Below, piece after piece: positions 1 to 8,355 of a DNA stretch of 35,880 nt (the stretch's first letter is position 1; each line of letters starts with the position of its first letter). The position numbers were made by a program, and so were the translations under genes. The stretch lies in the NCBI GenBank assembly GCA_051881415.1, contig JBJEPV010000127.1:1-35880 (forward strand), given 5' to 3'. A model generated the notes under the pieces. That model made no database searches, had not been told where the DNA came from, and saw only the letters and a list, made by a program, of their open reading frames with translations. The DNA is from Candidatus Fimenecus sp. Its GTDB lineage: Bacteria > Bacillota > Clostridia > Oscillospirales > Acutalibacteraceae.

Positions 1-1144
1 AACCGTTTCCGAGAAATATATCGAGGAATTTTGGACGGATGTGAAGGGCATGAACATCCGCGAGGCGACCGTGCACCCGAAAGCCACCGAAAATATCGAC
101 GAGATTATTTCGATTATTTCCACCCTTGTGGAAAAAGGCTATGCCTATCCCGTGGAAAACGGCGATGTGTATTTCAGCCCCAAAAAGTTTAAGGAGTACG
201 GCAAACTGTCGCACCAGCCGCTCGAAGATTTGGAGGCTGGCGCGCGCATCAACATCGGCGAGCTCAAAAAAGAGCCGATGGATTTTGCCCTTTGGAAAGG
301 CGCAAAGCCCGGCGAGCCCGCGTGGGATTCCCCGTGGGGCAAGGGCAGACCCGGCTGGCACATTGAGTGCTCGGCAATGGTGCGCCGCTATCTCGGCAAC
401 ACGATTGACATTCACTGCGGCGGGCAGGATTTGATTTTCCCGCACCACGAAAACGAAATCGCGCAAAGCGAGTGCTGTAACGGTGTGCCGTTCGCAAAAT
501 ATTGGATGCACAACGGCTATATCAATGTGGATAATGTCAAAATGTCCAAATCCTTGGGCAATTTCTTCACCGTGCGCGATGTCGCCGAAAAATACGGCTA
601 TGAGCCGATTCGCTATTTGATGATTTCTTCGCAGTACCGTAGCCCCATCAATTACAGCGTGGATATTATCGAGCAGTGCAAAGCGTCGCTTGTTCGCCTT
701 TACACCTGCCGCGACAGTTTGGATTTTGCCTTGCAAAACGCGGGCGACACCGTGCCCGACAATGCAGACGAAATCAAAAAACAACTGGACAGCCGCCGCG
801 AGCAGTTCTGCCGCGCGATGGATGATGACTTAAACACCGCCGACGGCATTGCCGCCGTATTTGAATTGGTGCGCGACATCAATGTTTCGGTGTTGGAGTC
901 CGGTTCCAAAGACCTTGTGGCGTATGCAATCAAACTGTTTGATGAGTTGACGGGTGTTTTGGGGCTTGTTTATAACCGTAAAGCCGAAGCCCTTGACAGC
1001 GAAATCGAAGCCTTAATCGAGGCGCGTCAGGCGGCACGCAAGGCAAAAAACTGGGCGGAGGCGGACCGCATCCGCGACGAGTTAAAAGCACAGGGCATTG
1101 TTTTGGAGGATACGCCGCAGGGCGTGAAATGGCATCGCGCGTAA
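1..1144 (+). CDS. cysS: cysteine--tRNA ligase, C-terminal ~380 aa (5' end lies upstream of the window)
   Basis: Frame 2 is open from base 2 ([18 protein letters not shown]...), so the ORF-track Met at 41 is internal. Class I aaRS KMSKS loop ([10 protein letters not shown]) and the WHIECSAM / [13 protein letters not shown] block typical of CysRS are present. Stop at 1142-1144. Confidence 0.93.
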   Translation, partial: TVSEKYIEEFWTDVKGMNIREATVHPKATENIDEIISIISTLVEKGYAYPVENGDVYFSPKKFKEYGKLSHQPLEDLEAGARINIGELKKEPMDFALWKGAKPGEPAWDSPWGKGRPGWHIECSAMVRRYLGNTIDIHCGGQDLIFPHHENEIAQSECCNGVPFAKYWMHNGYINVDNVKMSKSLGNFFTVRDVAEKYGYEPIRYLMISSQYRSPINYSVDIIEQCKASLVRLYTCRDSLDFALQNAGDTVPDNADEIKKQLDSRREQFCRAMDDDLNTADGIAAVFELVRDINVSVLESGSKDLVAYAIKLFDELTGVLGLVYNRKAEALDSEIEALIEARQAARKAKNWAEADRIRDELKAQGIVLEDTPQGVKWHRA

Positions 1145-1175
1145 GCGGCGGTGATCGAAAAATAAGGAGGATATT

Positions 1176-2177
1176 ATGGAAGTTTTAAACCGAGCCGCGA
1201 TTAAAGCGGACGCACGCAATTTTATCGGGCAAAACCGCCGCTGGCTTTCTATGGCGCTGGCCTGTTTGCCGCTGTTTTTGTTGCAGGGCGCGATTTCCGG
1301 CGGAATTACGGTGTTGCAACAGGTTGCGCAGGACGGCGATACGCAGTATACCGCTTCTGTCGGCACCAATGCCATTACATGGTTGCTTATTCCCTTTACC
1401 GTGGCGATGGCAGGGTATTATTTAAACCAAATCCGCGGCTTTAATCCTGCATGGCAAAGTCTTTACAAAGAGGGCTTAGACCGTTACGGCAAATATTTTA
1501 CCGTTGGATTTGTCACGCAGATTATCATTGCACTGTGGTCGCTGTTGCTGTTTGTTCCCGGGATTATCAAATCCTATGAATACCGCTTTGTACACAATGT
1601 GATTCACGACAATCCGAATCTGTCGCAAAGCCAGGCGCGCGATTTGAGCCGCCGCATGACAGACGGCTTTAAAAGCGACATCTTCGTGTTGGATTTGAGT
1701 TTTGTTTTGTGGTATATGCTGACGGGCATTACCTTCGGGCTTGCGGCATTCTATGTTGTGCCGTATGTGCAAACCACACAGGCCATGTATTATGAAAATT
1801 TAAAGAATTACGCGATTGCGCAGGGCAAAGCCGCGCCCGCGGAATTCGGGTTGATGCCCGTGCCGCCGTACGGCGCACAGCCGCCCGTTTCGGGGCAACC
1901 CTACGCGCAAAATCCGCAGGCACCGTATCAAGCCAATCCCTATGCGGCAAACCCCTATGCACAGCAAGCGCCTAATGCGGCAAATCCGTATGCGCAAAAT
2001 GCACCGTACACGCCGCCGCAAGCACCTTATGCGGACCCGAATGTGCAAGCGCAAAGCGCACAACCCTTTACCCCGCCTGCACCCGAAAGCACCTTTGTAC
2101 CCGGCGGGGAAACCCCAACTGCGGACAAAACCGTTTTCAACGGTGATGAAGCGGACAACGATAAACAAGACTTTTAA
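1176..2177 (+). CDS. DUF975-family integral membrane protein with a Pro/Ala/Gln/Tyr-rich C-terminal tail
   Basis: AAGGAGG RBS 8 nt upstream of the ATG. The layout is typical of DUF975: N-terminal IKADARNFIGQNRRW, several hydrophobic spans, and LFVPGIIKSYEYRF...HDNPNLSQSQA...LSFVLWY...PYVQTTQAMYYENL. The last ~100 aa are low complexity. Confidence 0.75.
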   Translation: MEVLNRAAIKADARNFIGQNRRWLSMALACLPLFLLQGAISGGITVLQQVAQDGDTQYTASVGTNAITWLLIPFTVAMAGYYLNQIRGFNPAWQSLYKEGLDRYGKYFTVGFVTQIIIALWSLLLFVPGIIKSYEYRFVHNVIHDNPNLSQSQARDLSRRMTDGFKSDIFVLDLSFVLWYMLTGITFGLAAFYVVPYVQTTQAMYYENLKNYAIAQGKAAPAEFGLMPVPPYGAQPPVSGQPYAQNPQAPYQANPYAANPYAQQAPNAANPYAQNAPYTPPQAPYADPNVQAQSAQPFTPPAPESTFVPGGETPTADKTVFNGDEADNDKQDF

Positions 2178-2195
2178 AATGCGGAGGCATTCCCA

Positions 2196-3410
2196 ATGAA
2201 ATATGTAGTGGTATTATGTGACGGTATGGCGGACTATCCTGTGCCCGCCCTGGGGGGCAAAACCCCGATGATGTGCGCTGACAAGCCGCATATCGACGCG
2301 CTCGCCCAAAAAGGCGAGGTCGGGCTTGTACGCACGGTTGCCGCGGGGTTAAAGCCCGGCAGTGATGTTGCCAATATGAGCGTTTTGGGCTTTGACCCGA
2401 AAAAATACTATACGGGGCGTTCGCCGTTGGAGGCGGCAAGCATCGGTGTGGATTTGAAAGATACCGATGTGACCTTGCGCACCAATCTTGTCACATTGTC
2501 CGACGCGCCGAATTATGAAGACAAAACCATGGTGGACTATTGCGCGGGCGATATTTCCACGGCAGAAGCCGCCGAGATTATGCAAGATGTCGAAGCACAC
2601 TTCGGCAACGAAATGTTCAAGTTTTATGCGGGCGTCAGTTACCGCCACTGTTTGGTTTGGTCGAACGGCACAACCGACCTCGGCAATATGACGCCGCCGC
2701 ACGATATTTCGGGGCGCGTGGTCGGCGAATATCTTTCCGAATCCGAAAATGCCAAGCCGTTAATTCAAATGATGAAAGACAGTTACGCGTTTTTGTCCGA
2801 ACACCCCGTCAACAAAAAGCGTGTTGCCGAGGGCAAACGCCCCGCAAACTCCATTTGGATGTGGGGCGAGGGCAAAAAGCCGATGTTGCCCGCGTTTTCC
2901 GATGTGTACGGCAAAAAAGGCGCAATCGTTTCGGCGGTTGACCTGTTAAAAGGCATTGCCAAATGTGCCAAAATGGAAGCCCCCGAGGTCGAGGGCGCGA
3001 CCGGCTATATCGACACGAATTTCGAGGGCAAGGCGCACGCCGCAGTGGACGCGCTCAAAAACGGCTGTGACTTTGTGTATATCCATTTGGAAGCGCCCGA
3101 CGAGTGCGGACATCGCAACGAGCCCGAAAACAAGGTGAAAGCCATTGAAATGATTGACAGCCGCGTATTGCCGATTGTGCTGGACGGCTTACAGGAAATC
3201 GGGGAGGACTATAAAATTATGGTCTTGCCCGACCACCCCACACCGATTGTCACGCAAACCCACGCCGCCGACCCCGTGCCGTATTTGATTTATCACAAGG
3301 CGAACGAAAAACAGGGCGTGGACAGTATCAACGAAGAAACCGCAAAAAATACGGGCATTTTCATTGAAAACGGCCCCGATATTATGCGTAAATTTTTGGA
3401 GGAAGCATAA
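2196..3410 (+). CDS. cofactor-independent phosphoglycerate mutase family metalloenzyme (ApgM-like; same family as the proposed alternative homoserine kinase)
   Basis: GGAGG RBS. N-terminal VVVLCDGMADYP, central MTPPHDISG, and C-terminal HLEAPDECGHRNE and VLPDHPTP metal-binding blocks are characteristic of the archaeal-type iPGM/ApgM fold. Confidence 0.82.
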   Translation: MKYVVVLCDGMADYPVPALGGKTPMMCADKPHIDALAQKGEVGLVRTVAAGLKPGSDVANMSVLGFDPKKYYTGRSPLEAASIGVDLKDTDVTLRTNLVTLSDAPNYEDKTMVDYCAGDISTAEAAEIMQDVEAHFGNEMFKFYAGVSYRHCLVWSNGTTDLGNMTPPHDISGRVVGEYLSESENAKPLIQMMKDSYAFLSEHPVNKKRVAEGKRPANSIWMWGEGKKPMLPAFSDVYGKKGAIVSAVDLLKGIAKCAKMEAPEVEGATGYIDTNFEGKAHAAVDALKNGCDFVYIHLEAPDECGHRNEPENKVKAIEMIDSRVLPIVLDGLQEIGEDYKIMVLPDHPTPIVTQTHAADPVPYLIYHKANEKQGVDSINEETAKNTGIFIENGPDIMRKFLEEA

Positions 3411-4685
3411 ATGCAGGATTACGCGCTTGAAACCAAATGCGTGCAGTGCGGGTACAGCCCCAAAAACGGCGAACCGCGCGTACTGCCGATTTACCAAAGT
3501 ACAACTTATAAATACGATACCAGCGAAGCGATGGCAAAGCTGTTCGATTTAGAGCCGGGGTATATGTATACCCGCCTTGCCAACCCCACCAATGACGCCG
3601 TTGCCGCAAAAATCACCGCGCTCGAAGGCGGCGTTGCGGGCGTGCTGACTTCTTCGGGGCAGTCGGCGAATTTCTTTGCGCTGATTAACATTCTCGGCGC
3701 AGGCGACCATTTGGTTTCCGCCGCAACCATTTACGGCGGCACATTTAATCTGTTCAATGTGACCATGCGTAAAATCGGCATCGAGGTTACCTTTGTTGAC
3801 CCGAATGCAAGTGAGGAAGAACTGGCGGCGGCGTTCCGCCCCAATACAAAGGCGATGTTCGGCGAAACGATTGCAAATCCCTCTTTGGATATTCTCGATA
3901 TTGAAAAATTTGCCCGCGTTGCCCACGCGCACGGTGTGCCGCTCATAGTGGACAACACCTTCCCTACACCGATTAACTGCCGCCCGTTCGAGTACGGCGC
4001 GGATATTGTCACCCACTCCACCACCAAATATATGGAGGGGCACGCCACCACCATCGGCGGCGCGGTCATTGACAGCGGCAATTTCGATTGGGAACAAAAC
4101 GACAAATTTCCGGGGCTTACCACGCCCGATGAAAGTTATCACGGCGCGGTGTATACCCGTGATTTCGGCAAAGCGGGGTACATCACCAAAATCGTCGCCC
4201 AGCTTTTGCGCGATTACGGCTCTACACCGTCACCGCAAAACAGTTTTTATCTGAATTTGGGGTTGGAAACGCTCGCTCTGCGCGTCGAGCGCCACTGCGA
4301 AAATGCGCAAACCGTTGCCGAGTATCTCGCCAAGAATGACAAAATTTCGTGGGTGAATTACCCGGGGCTTCCTGACAACAAATACCATGCGCTCGCCCAA
4401 AAGTATATGCCGAAAGGCACCTGCGGCGTGATTTCGTTTGGCGTGAAAGGCGGCAGAGAAGCGGCAGAGAAATTTATGAATTCTTTGAAACTTGCCGCGA
4501 TTGTCACACACGTTGCCGACGCGCGCACCTGTGTACTGCACCCCGCATCGTCCACACACCGCCAACTTTCCGACAAGGAATTGGTGGAGTGCGGCGTAAC
4601 ACCCGATTTAATCCGTCTGTCGGTCGGCATTGAAAATGTCAACGATATTTTGGCGGATATTGAACAGGCGTTGCAGACGTTGTAA
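3411..4685 (+). CDS. metY: O-acetylhomoserine aminocarboxypropyltransferase / sulfhydrylase (PLP-dependent, Cys/Met metabolism family)
   Basis: ATG immediately follows the stop of the upstream gene (TAAATG). Family blocks present: YTRLANPT, SSGQSA, VDNTF, PLP-lysine context HSTTKYMEGH, and C-terminal LIRLSVGIE. Confidence 0.9.
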   Translation: MQDYALETKCVQCGYSPKNGEPRVLPIYQSTTYKYDTSEAMAKLFDLEPGYMYTRLANPTNDAVAAKITALEGGVAGVLTSSGQSANFFALINILGAGDHLVSAATIYGGTFNLFNVTMRKIGIEVTFVDPNASEEELAAAFRPNTKAMFGETIANPSLDILDIEKFARVAHAHGVPLIVDNTFPTPINCRPFEYGADIVTHSTTKYMEGHATTIGGAVIDSGNFDWEQNDKFPGLTTPDESYHGAVYTRDFGKAGYITKIVAQLLRDYGSTPSPQNSFYLNLGLETLALRVERHCENAQTVAEYLAKNDKISWVNYPGLPDNKYHALAQKYMPKGTCGVISFGVKGGREAAEKFMNSLKLAAIVTHVADARTCVLHPASSTHRQLSDKELVECGVTPDLIRLSVGIENVNDILADIEQALQTL

Positions 4686-4707
4686 CGCCGAAAGAGGGGG
4701 AGAAAGA

Positions 4708-5862
4708 ATGCGCAAAACCAAGAAAAATATTATCAAAGCCCTGGCGATTGTGCTGGCGGTTTTGCTGACAGCGGCTATCGCGTTCGGGATTTGGGCTTTT
4801 CCCGTCAAGGGCAAGGCAAACAGCGAATTTTGGCTGTCAAGCGACACTTACCGTTTAGAAGATACGGTTGTTTTGCAAAAAGAACCGGGCAAGGACTTTA
4901 AAATCCTGAACCTTGCCGATATTCAGTACGATGATTGGTACGACATCGGGCAGAGAAAATATACCGAGGAAACCATTCGTCAACTTGTCAAGGAAACACA
5001 ACCCGATTTAATCACGATGACGGGCGACCAGGTTTGGGCACCATTCCAAAAGCACTCGCAAAAACAACTCATCAAGTTTATGGATTCGTTCGGGATTCCG
5101 TGGGCGCCTGTGTTCGGCAACCACGACGGCGAGGGCAATGCCGACAAAAATTGGTTGGCTGACCGCTATATGGAGTCCGAATACTGCCTGTTCAAAAAAG
5201 GCCCGAACAACATCGGCGGTGTCGGCAATTATGTCATCAACATTATGGAGGGTGACAAAATCGTGCAGTCGCTGATTATGATGGACTCGGGCGCTTGGCG
5301 CGGGTATGAAAATATGCCCGAGGAGCGCAAAATGATTGCCGACGCGATTGACAACGACACGCAGGAATACATATTCAATGCAGACGGTACGCGCAAGCAA
5401 GACGCATTCGGCACAGGCTATGAATTTATCAGCGAAAGCCAAATTGCGTGGTACAAATGGGCTGTGGAGGGTGCAAAACAGGTGAACGGCGGCGAAACGC
5501 CCGAGTCGGTATTGTTCTTCCATATCGCGTTGCCCGAATACTACAACGCATATCTGCAATGGAAAGACAGCGGCTATGACAGCGCAATGGGCTTCGGTGA
5601 AAAGCGCGAAACGGTTTGTTGCCCGAGCGTAAATTCGGGAATGTTCTCGGTGATAAAAGACCTCGGCAGTACCAAAAATGTGGTGGTCGGGCACGACCAT
5701 GTGAACAACTATTCCGTGCTGTATGAGGGCGTGCGCTTAACTTACGGTATGAAAACGGGCGACCGTTGCTATGCCGACGGTGACATGAACGGCGGCACAC
5801 TGCTCACCGTGACCGACAACGGCGTTTTGACCGAGCATCAATATGTAACGGTTGAAAAATAA
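4708..5862 (+). CDS. membrane-anchored calcineurin-like metallophosphoesterase
   Basis: The preferred start is ATG 4708, preceded by GAGGGGGAG, rather than the ORF-track start 4630, which overlaps metY. N-terminal TM helix (ALAIVLAVLLTAAIAFGIWAF). Phosphoesterase motifs GDQVW, GNHDGEGN and VVGHDHVN. Confidence 0.8.
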   Translation: MRKTKKNIIKALAIVLAVLLTAAIAFGIWAFPVKGKANSEFWLSSDTYRLEDTVVLQKEPGKDFKILNLADIQYDDWYDIGQRKYTEETIRQLVKETQPDLITMTGDQVWAPFQKHSQKQLIKFMDSFGIPWAPVFGNHDGEGNADKNWLADRYMESEYCLFKKGPNNIGGVGNYVINIMEGDKIVQSLIMMDSGAWRGYENMPEERKMIADAIDNDTQEYIFNADGTRKQDAFGTGYEFISESQIAWYKWAVEGAKQVNGGETPESVLFFHIALPEYYNAYLQWKDSGYDSAMGFGEKRETVCCPSVNSGMFSVIKDLGSTKNVVVGHDHVNNYSVLYEGVRLTYGMKTGDRCYADGDMNGGTLLTVTDNGVLTEHQYVTVEK

Positions 5863-5874
5863 ACCAAAAACGAG

Positions 5875-5910
5875 AGGCGGGGTGTATATGCCCGCCTTTT
5901 TCGTGCTTTT
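5875..5910 (+). terminator. rho-independent terminator after the cysS-to-phosphoesterase block
   Basis: 7-bp GC-rich stem AGGCGGG / CCCGCCT (5875-5881 / 5891-5897) with a 9-nt loop, followed by TTTTCGTGCTTTTTT. Confidence 0.7.
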
Positions 5911-5934
5911 TTCTTTCTTTTTCACAAATAAACC

Positions 5935-5963
5935 TTGCAAATTTCAGCCTATGCGCATAAAAT
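5935..5963 (+). promoter_or_regulatory. sigma-A-like promoter upstream of the RAYT gene (and possibly ilvD)
   Basis: TTGCAA (5935-5940), 17-nt spacer, TAAAAT (5958-5963). Confidence 0.45.
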
Positions 5964-6008
5964 AGTAAATAATTCGTTCTGAGTATGCTGTAAGTTCAGC
6001 GTGTTTGT

Positions 6009-6033
6009 GTAGGGAACGGTCTTGACCGTTCCG
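6009..6033 (+). repeat. REP-like element, GTAGGG head plus 9-bp hairpin (GTAGGGAACGGTC-TT-GACCGTTCCG)
   Basis: Identical 25-mer at 35234-35258 (+) and 6349-6373 (-). Lies 27 nt upstream of the RAYT-like ORF. Confidence 0.75.
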
Positions 6034-6059
6034 AAAAAAGGAAAAGTCAACCGCGGGAA

Positions 6060-6569
6060 ATGGGTGAAACTATGAATTTGCCAAACAGAAAATTACCGCG
6101 TTTAAAAGACTATGATTATGCCGCACAAGTGTATTATTACCTCACGGTTTGTACGCATAATAAGGAAAACATATTTGGTTGTGTAGGGAACGGTCAAGAC
6201 CGTTCCGCCGTGCATCTCACAAAAATCGGAAAAATCGCCGAAGCAGAACTCTTAAAAATTCCAACTCGCTATAACGGTGTTCGGATTGACGATTACATCG
6301 TTATGCCGAATCATATTCATCTGATTTTGATTTTGGGCTGTGACCTTGCGGAACGGTCAAGACCGTTCCCTACGGTATCGGAAATCATCGGGCTTTACAA
6401 ATCGGGCGTGAGCCGACGGATACACGCGGAAACAGAGTATCAAAACCCGATTTGGCAGAAATCATTTTATGATACCGTTTTGACAAACGAACAGCAGTAC
6501 CTTTCCGTTCGAGAATACATTGCCTATAATCCTATTAAATGGAAACAGGGAAAAGGAACGGATTTTTAA
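6060..6569 (+). CDS. REP-associated tyrosine transposase-like protein (IS200/IS605 Y1 HUH superfamily, RAYT-like)
   Basis: HUH motif in [13 protein letters not shown]. The C-terminal block [30 protein letters not shown] parallels, from memory, the E. coli RayT/YafM block WQPRFWEHAIRN..DY...VDYIYINPVKHG that carries the catalytic Tyr. Cognate-looking GTAG-headed hairpins are adjacent and internal. The start (6060 vs 6072) is uncertain. Confidence 0.75.
   Translation: MGETMNLPNRKLPRLKDYDYAAQVYYYLTVCTHNKENIFGCVGNGQDRSAVHLTKIGKIAEAELLKIPTRYNGVRIDDYIVMPNHIHLILILGCDLAERSRPFPTVSEIIGLYKSGVSRRIHAETEYQNPIWQKSFYDTVLTNEQQYLSVREYIAYNPIKWKQGKGTDF
6183..6207 (+). repeat. intragenic REP-like copy (GTAGGGAACGGTC-AA-GACCGTTCCG)
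   Basis: Same head and stem as 6009-6033, but the loop dinucleotide is AA instead of TT. Read in frame as VGNGQDRSA inside the RAYT ORF. Confidence 0.7.
6349..6373 (-). repeat. intragenic REP-like copy, inverted orientation
   Basis: The reverse complement of 6349-6373 is exactly GTAGGGAACGGTCTTGACCGTTCCG. Read in frame on the plus strand as AERSRPFPT, immediately after the HUH strand. Confidence 0.7.
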
Positions 6570-6613
6570 AGTATGCATTTTATTTTGTTATATCACTTCC
6601 GGGAGGCAAAAAT

Positions 6614-8281
6614 ATGAAATTACGCAGTGACAACATTTTAAACGGCGTGGAACGCGCGCCGAACCGCAGTCTGTTTTATGCAATGGGCTATACAAAGGAA
6701 GAACTCGAACGCCCGTTAATCGGCATTGTTTCCGCGCACAGCGAAATTGTGCCCGGGCATTTTCATTTGGATAAACTCACCGAAGCGGTCAAAGCGGGCG
6801 TGCGTATGGCGGGCGGCACACCGATTATGGTGCCGGCTATCGGCGTTTGCGACGGCATTGCCATGGGGCATATCGGGATGAAATACTCTCTGCCCTCGCG
6901 CGAATTGATTGCCGACAGCGTCGAGACGATGGCAATGGCGCACGGCTTTGACGGGCTTGTGCTCGTGCCGAACTGCGACAAAATCGTGCCCGGTATGCTG
7001 TTGGGCGCGCTTCGCATCAATATTCCGACCGTGGTTTGCTCGGGCGGCCCGATGATGTCCGGCCTTGTGGACGGCGTGGAAACCTCGCTTTCCAAAATGT
7101 TTGAAGCCGTCGGTGCGCGCAAAGCAAATATGATTGATGACGCAAAACTTTGCGAATTTGAAAACAACACCTGCCCGGGCTGCGGCTCGTGCTCGGGTAT
7201 GTATACCGCCAACAGTATGAACTGCCTTTGCGAATCTTTGGGCATTGCCCTCCCCGGTAACGGCACCATTCCCGCCGTGCACGCGGGCAGAACGCAACTT
7301 GCGAAACACGCCGGTATGGCGATTATGCATTTGGTCGAAAATGACATCAAAGCGCGCGATATTGTCAACGAAAAATCCTTGCGCAACGCTTTGGCGTGCG
7401 ATATGGCGCTTGGCTGTTCGTCCAATTCCGTATTGCATTTGTTGGCGATTGCCAAAGAGGCGGGTTGCCCGATGGATTTAAAGACCTTTAACGAAATGAG
7501 TGCGAAAGTGCCGAATCTTTGCCACTTGGCGCCCGCAGGCCCCACCCATATGCACGACCTCAATAACGCGGGCGGCGTGCCTGCCGTACAGGCGGAACTT
7601 GCGAAAAAGGGGCTGCTCGATTTGTCGCTTTTGACCGTTACGGGCAAAACCGTCGGCGAAAATATCGAAGGCGCGTATATTAAAAATACCGACGCCATTC
7701 GTCCGATTGACAATCCGTACAGCGAAACGGGCGGCATCGCCATTTTGTGGGGCAATATTGCCAAAGACGGCTGTGTTGTCAAACGCAGTGCCGTCGCGCC
7801 CGAAATGCTGGTGCATTCCGGCCCTGCACGCGTGTTTGACAGTGAGGACGAGGCGATTGCTTCGATTTACGAAGGCAAAATCAAAGACGGCGATGTTGTG
7901 GTGATCCGTTACGAAGGCCCTGTCGGCGGCCCCGGTATGCGCGAAATGCTCAACCCGACCTCGGCTTTGGCGGGTATGAAACTCGACAAAACCGTGGCGC
8001 TCATTACCGACGGGCGTTTCTCGGGTGCGTCGCGCGGCGCGTCCATCGGGCACGTTGCGCCCGAGGCGGCTTGCGGCGGTGAAATCGGTTTGATTGAAGA
8101 AGGGGATATGATTGACATTGATATTCCGAATGCTTCCGTCAATGTTCGCGTTTCCGATGAGGAATTGGCAAAGCGCAAAGAGCGTTATGTGCCGCACGAA
8201 CCGAAAATCAAGAGCGGTTGGCTTGCGCGTTACACCGCGATGGTTTCCTCTGCCAAAGACGGCGCAGTTATGAAAATCTGA
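6614..8281 (+). CDS. ilvD: dihydroxy-acid dehydratase
   Basis: Preferred start is ATG 6614 with a GGGAGG RBS at 6601-6606 (the ORF-track start 6539 overlaps the RAYT gene). Blocks present: [61 protein letters not shown], and C-terminal [11 protein letters not shown]. Confidence 0.95.
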   Translation: MKLRSDNILNGVERAPNRSLFYAMGYTKEELERPLIGIVSAHSEIVPGHFHLDKLTEAVKAGVRMAGGTPIMVPAIGVCDGIAMGHIGMKYSLPSRELIADSVETMAMAHGFDGLVLVPNCDKIVPGMLLGALRINIPTVVCSGGPMMSGLVDGVETSLSKMFEAVGARKANMIDDAKLCEFENNTCPGCGSCSGMYTANSMNCLCESLGIALPGNGTIPAVHAGRTQLAKHAGMAIMHLVENDIKARDIVNEKSLRNALACDMALGCSSNSVLHLLAIAKEAGCPMDLKTFNEMSAKVPNLCHLAPAGPTHMHDLNNAGGVPAVQAELAKKGLLDLSLLTVTGKTVGENIEGAYIKNTDAIRPIDNPYSETGGIAILWGNIAKDGCVVKRSAVAPEMLVHSGPARVFDSEDEAIASIYEGKIKDGDVVVIRYEGPVGGPGMREMLNPTSALAGMKLDKTVALITDGRFSGASRGASIGHVAPEAACGGEIGLIEEGDMIDIDIPNASVNVRVSDEELAKRKERYVPHEPKIKSGWLARYTAMVSSAKDGAVMKI

Positions 8282-8306
8282 TTTTCTATGATTTGAACAC
8301 CATACG

Positions 8307-8345
8307 AAAAGCCCTCTGCCAAACGGCAGAGGGCTTGCTTTTGTG
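8307..8345. terminator. bidirectional rho-independent terminator between convergent ilvD and the beta-galactosidase gene
   Basis: Perfect 12-bp stem AAGCCCTCTGCC / GGCAGAGGGCTT (8309-8320 / 8325-8336) with loop AAAC. A-run upstream and T-rich run downstream. Confidence 0.75.
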
Positions 8346-8355
8346 TGTTTACAAA

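Noticed and set aside
1855-2090. ANPYAQ-coding region as a DNA tandem repeat or VNTR.
   Set aside because: The units are similar at peptide level but diverged in nucleotide sequence and length, with no clean periodic DNA repeat. It is treated as low-complexity coding sequence only.
4630-4707. Upstream in-frame extensions of ORF-track starts: 4630 here, and likewise 6539, 20509, 21099, 21639, 30352 and 34782.
   Set aside because: Each extension overlaps the preceding gene or lacks an RBS. In each case an internal start with a good SD reproduces the canonical N-terminus of the family.
6013-6032. GAAC...GTTC inside the REP stems (also at 35159-35180 and 35238-35257) as LexA/Cheo-type SOS boxes, prompted by the YnzC-like gene nearby.
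   Set aside because: The half-site spacing is 10-12 nt, not the 4 nt of the Firmicutes GAAC-N4-GTTC box. The symmetry is explained by the REP hairpin itself.
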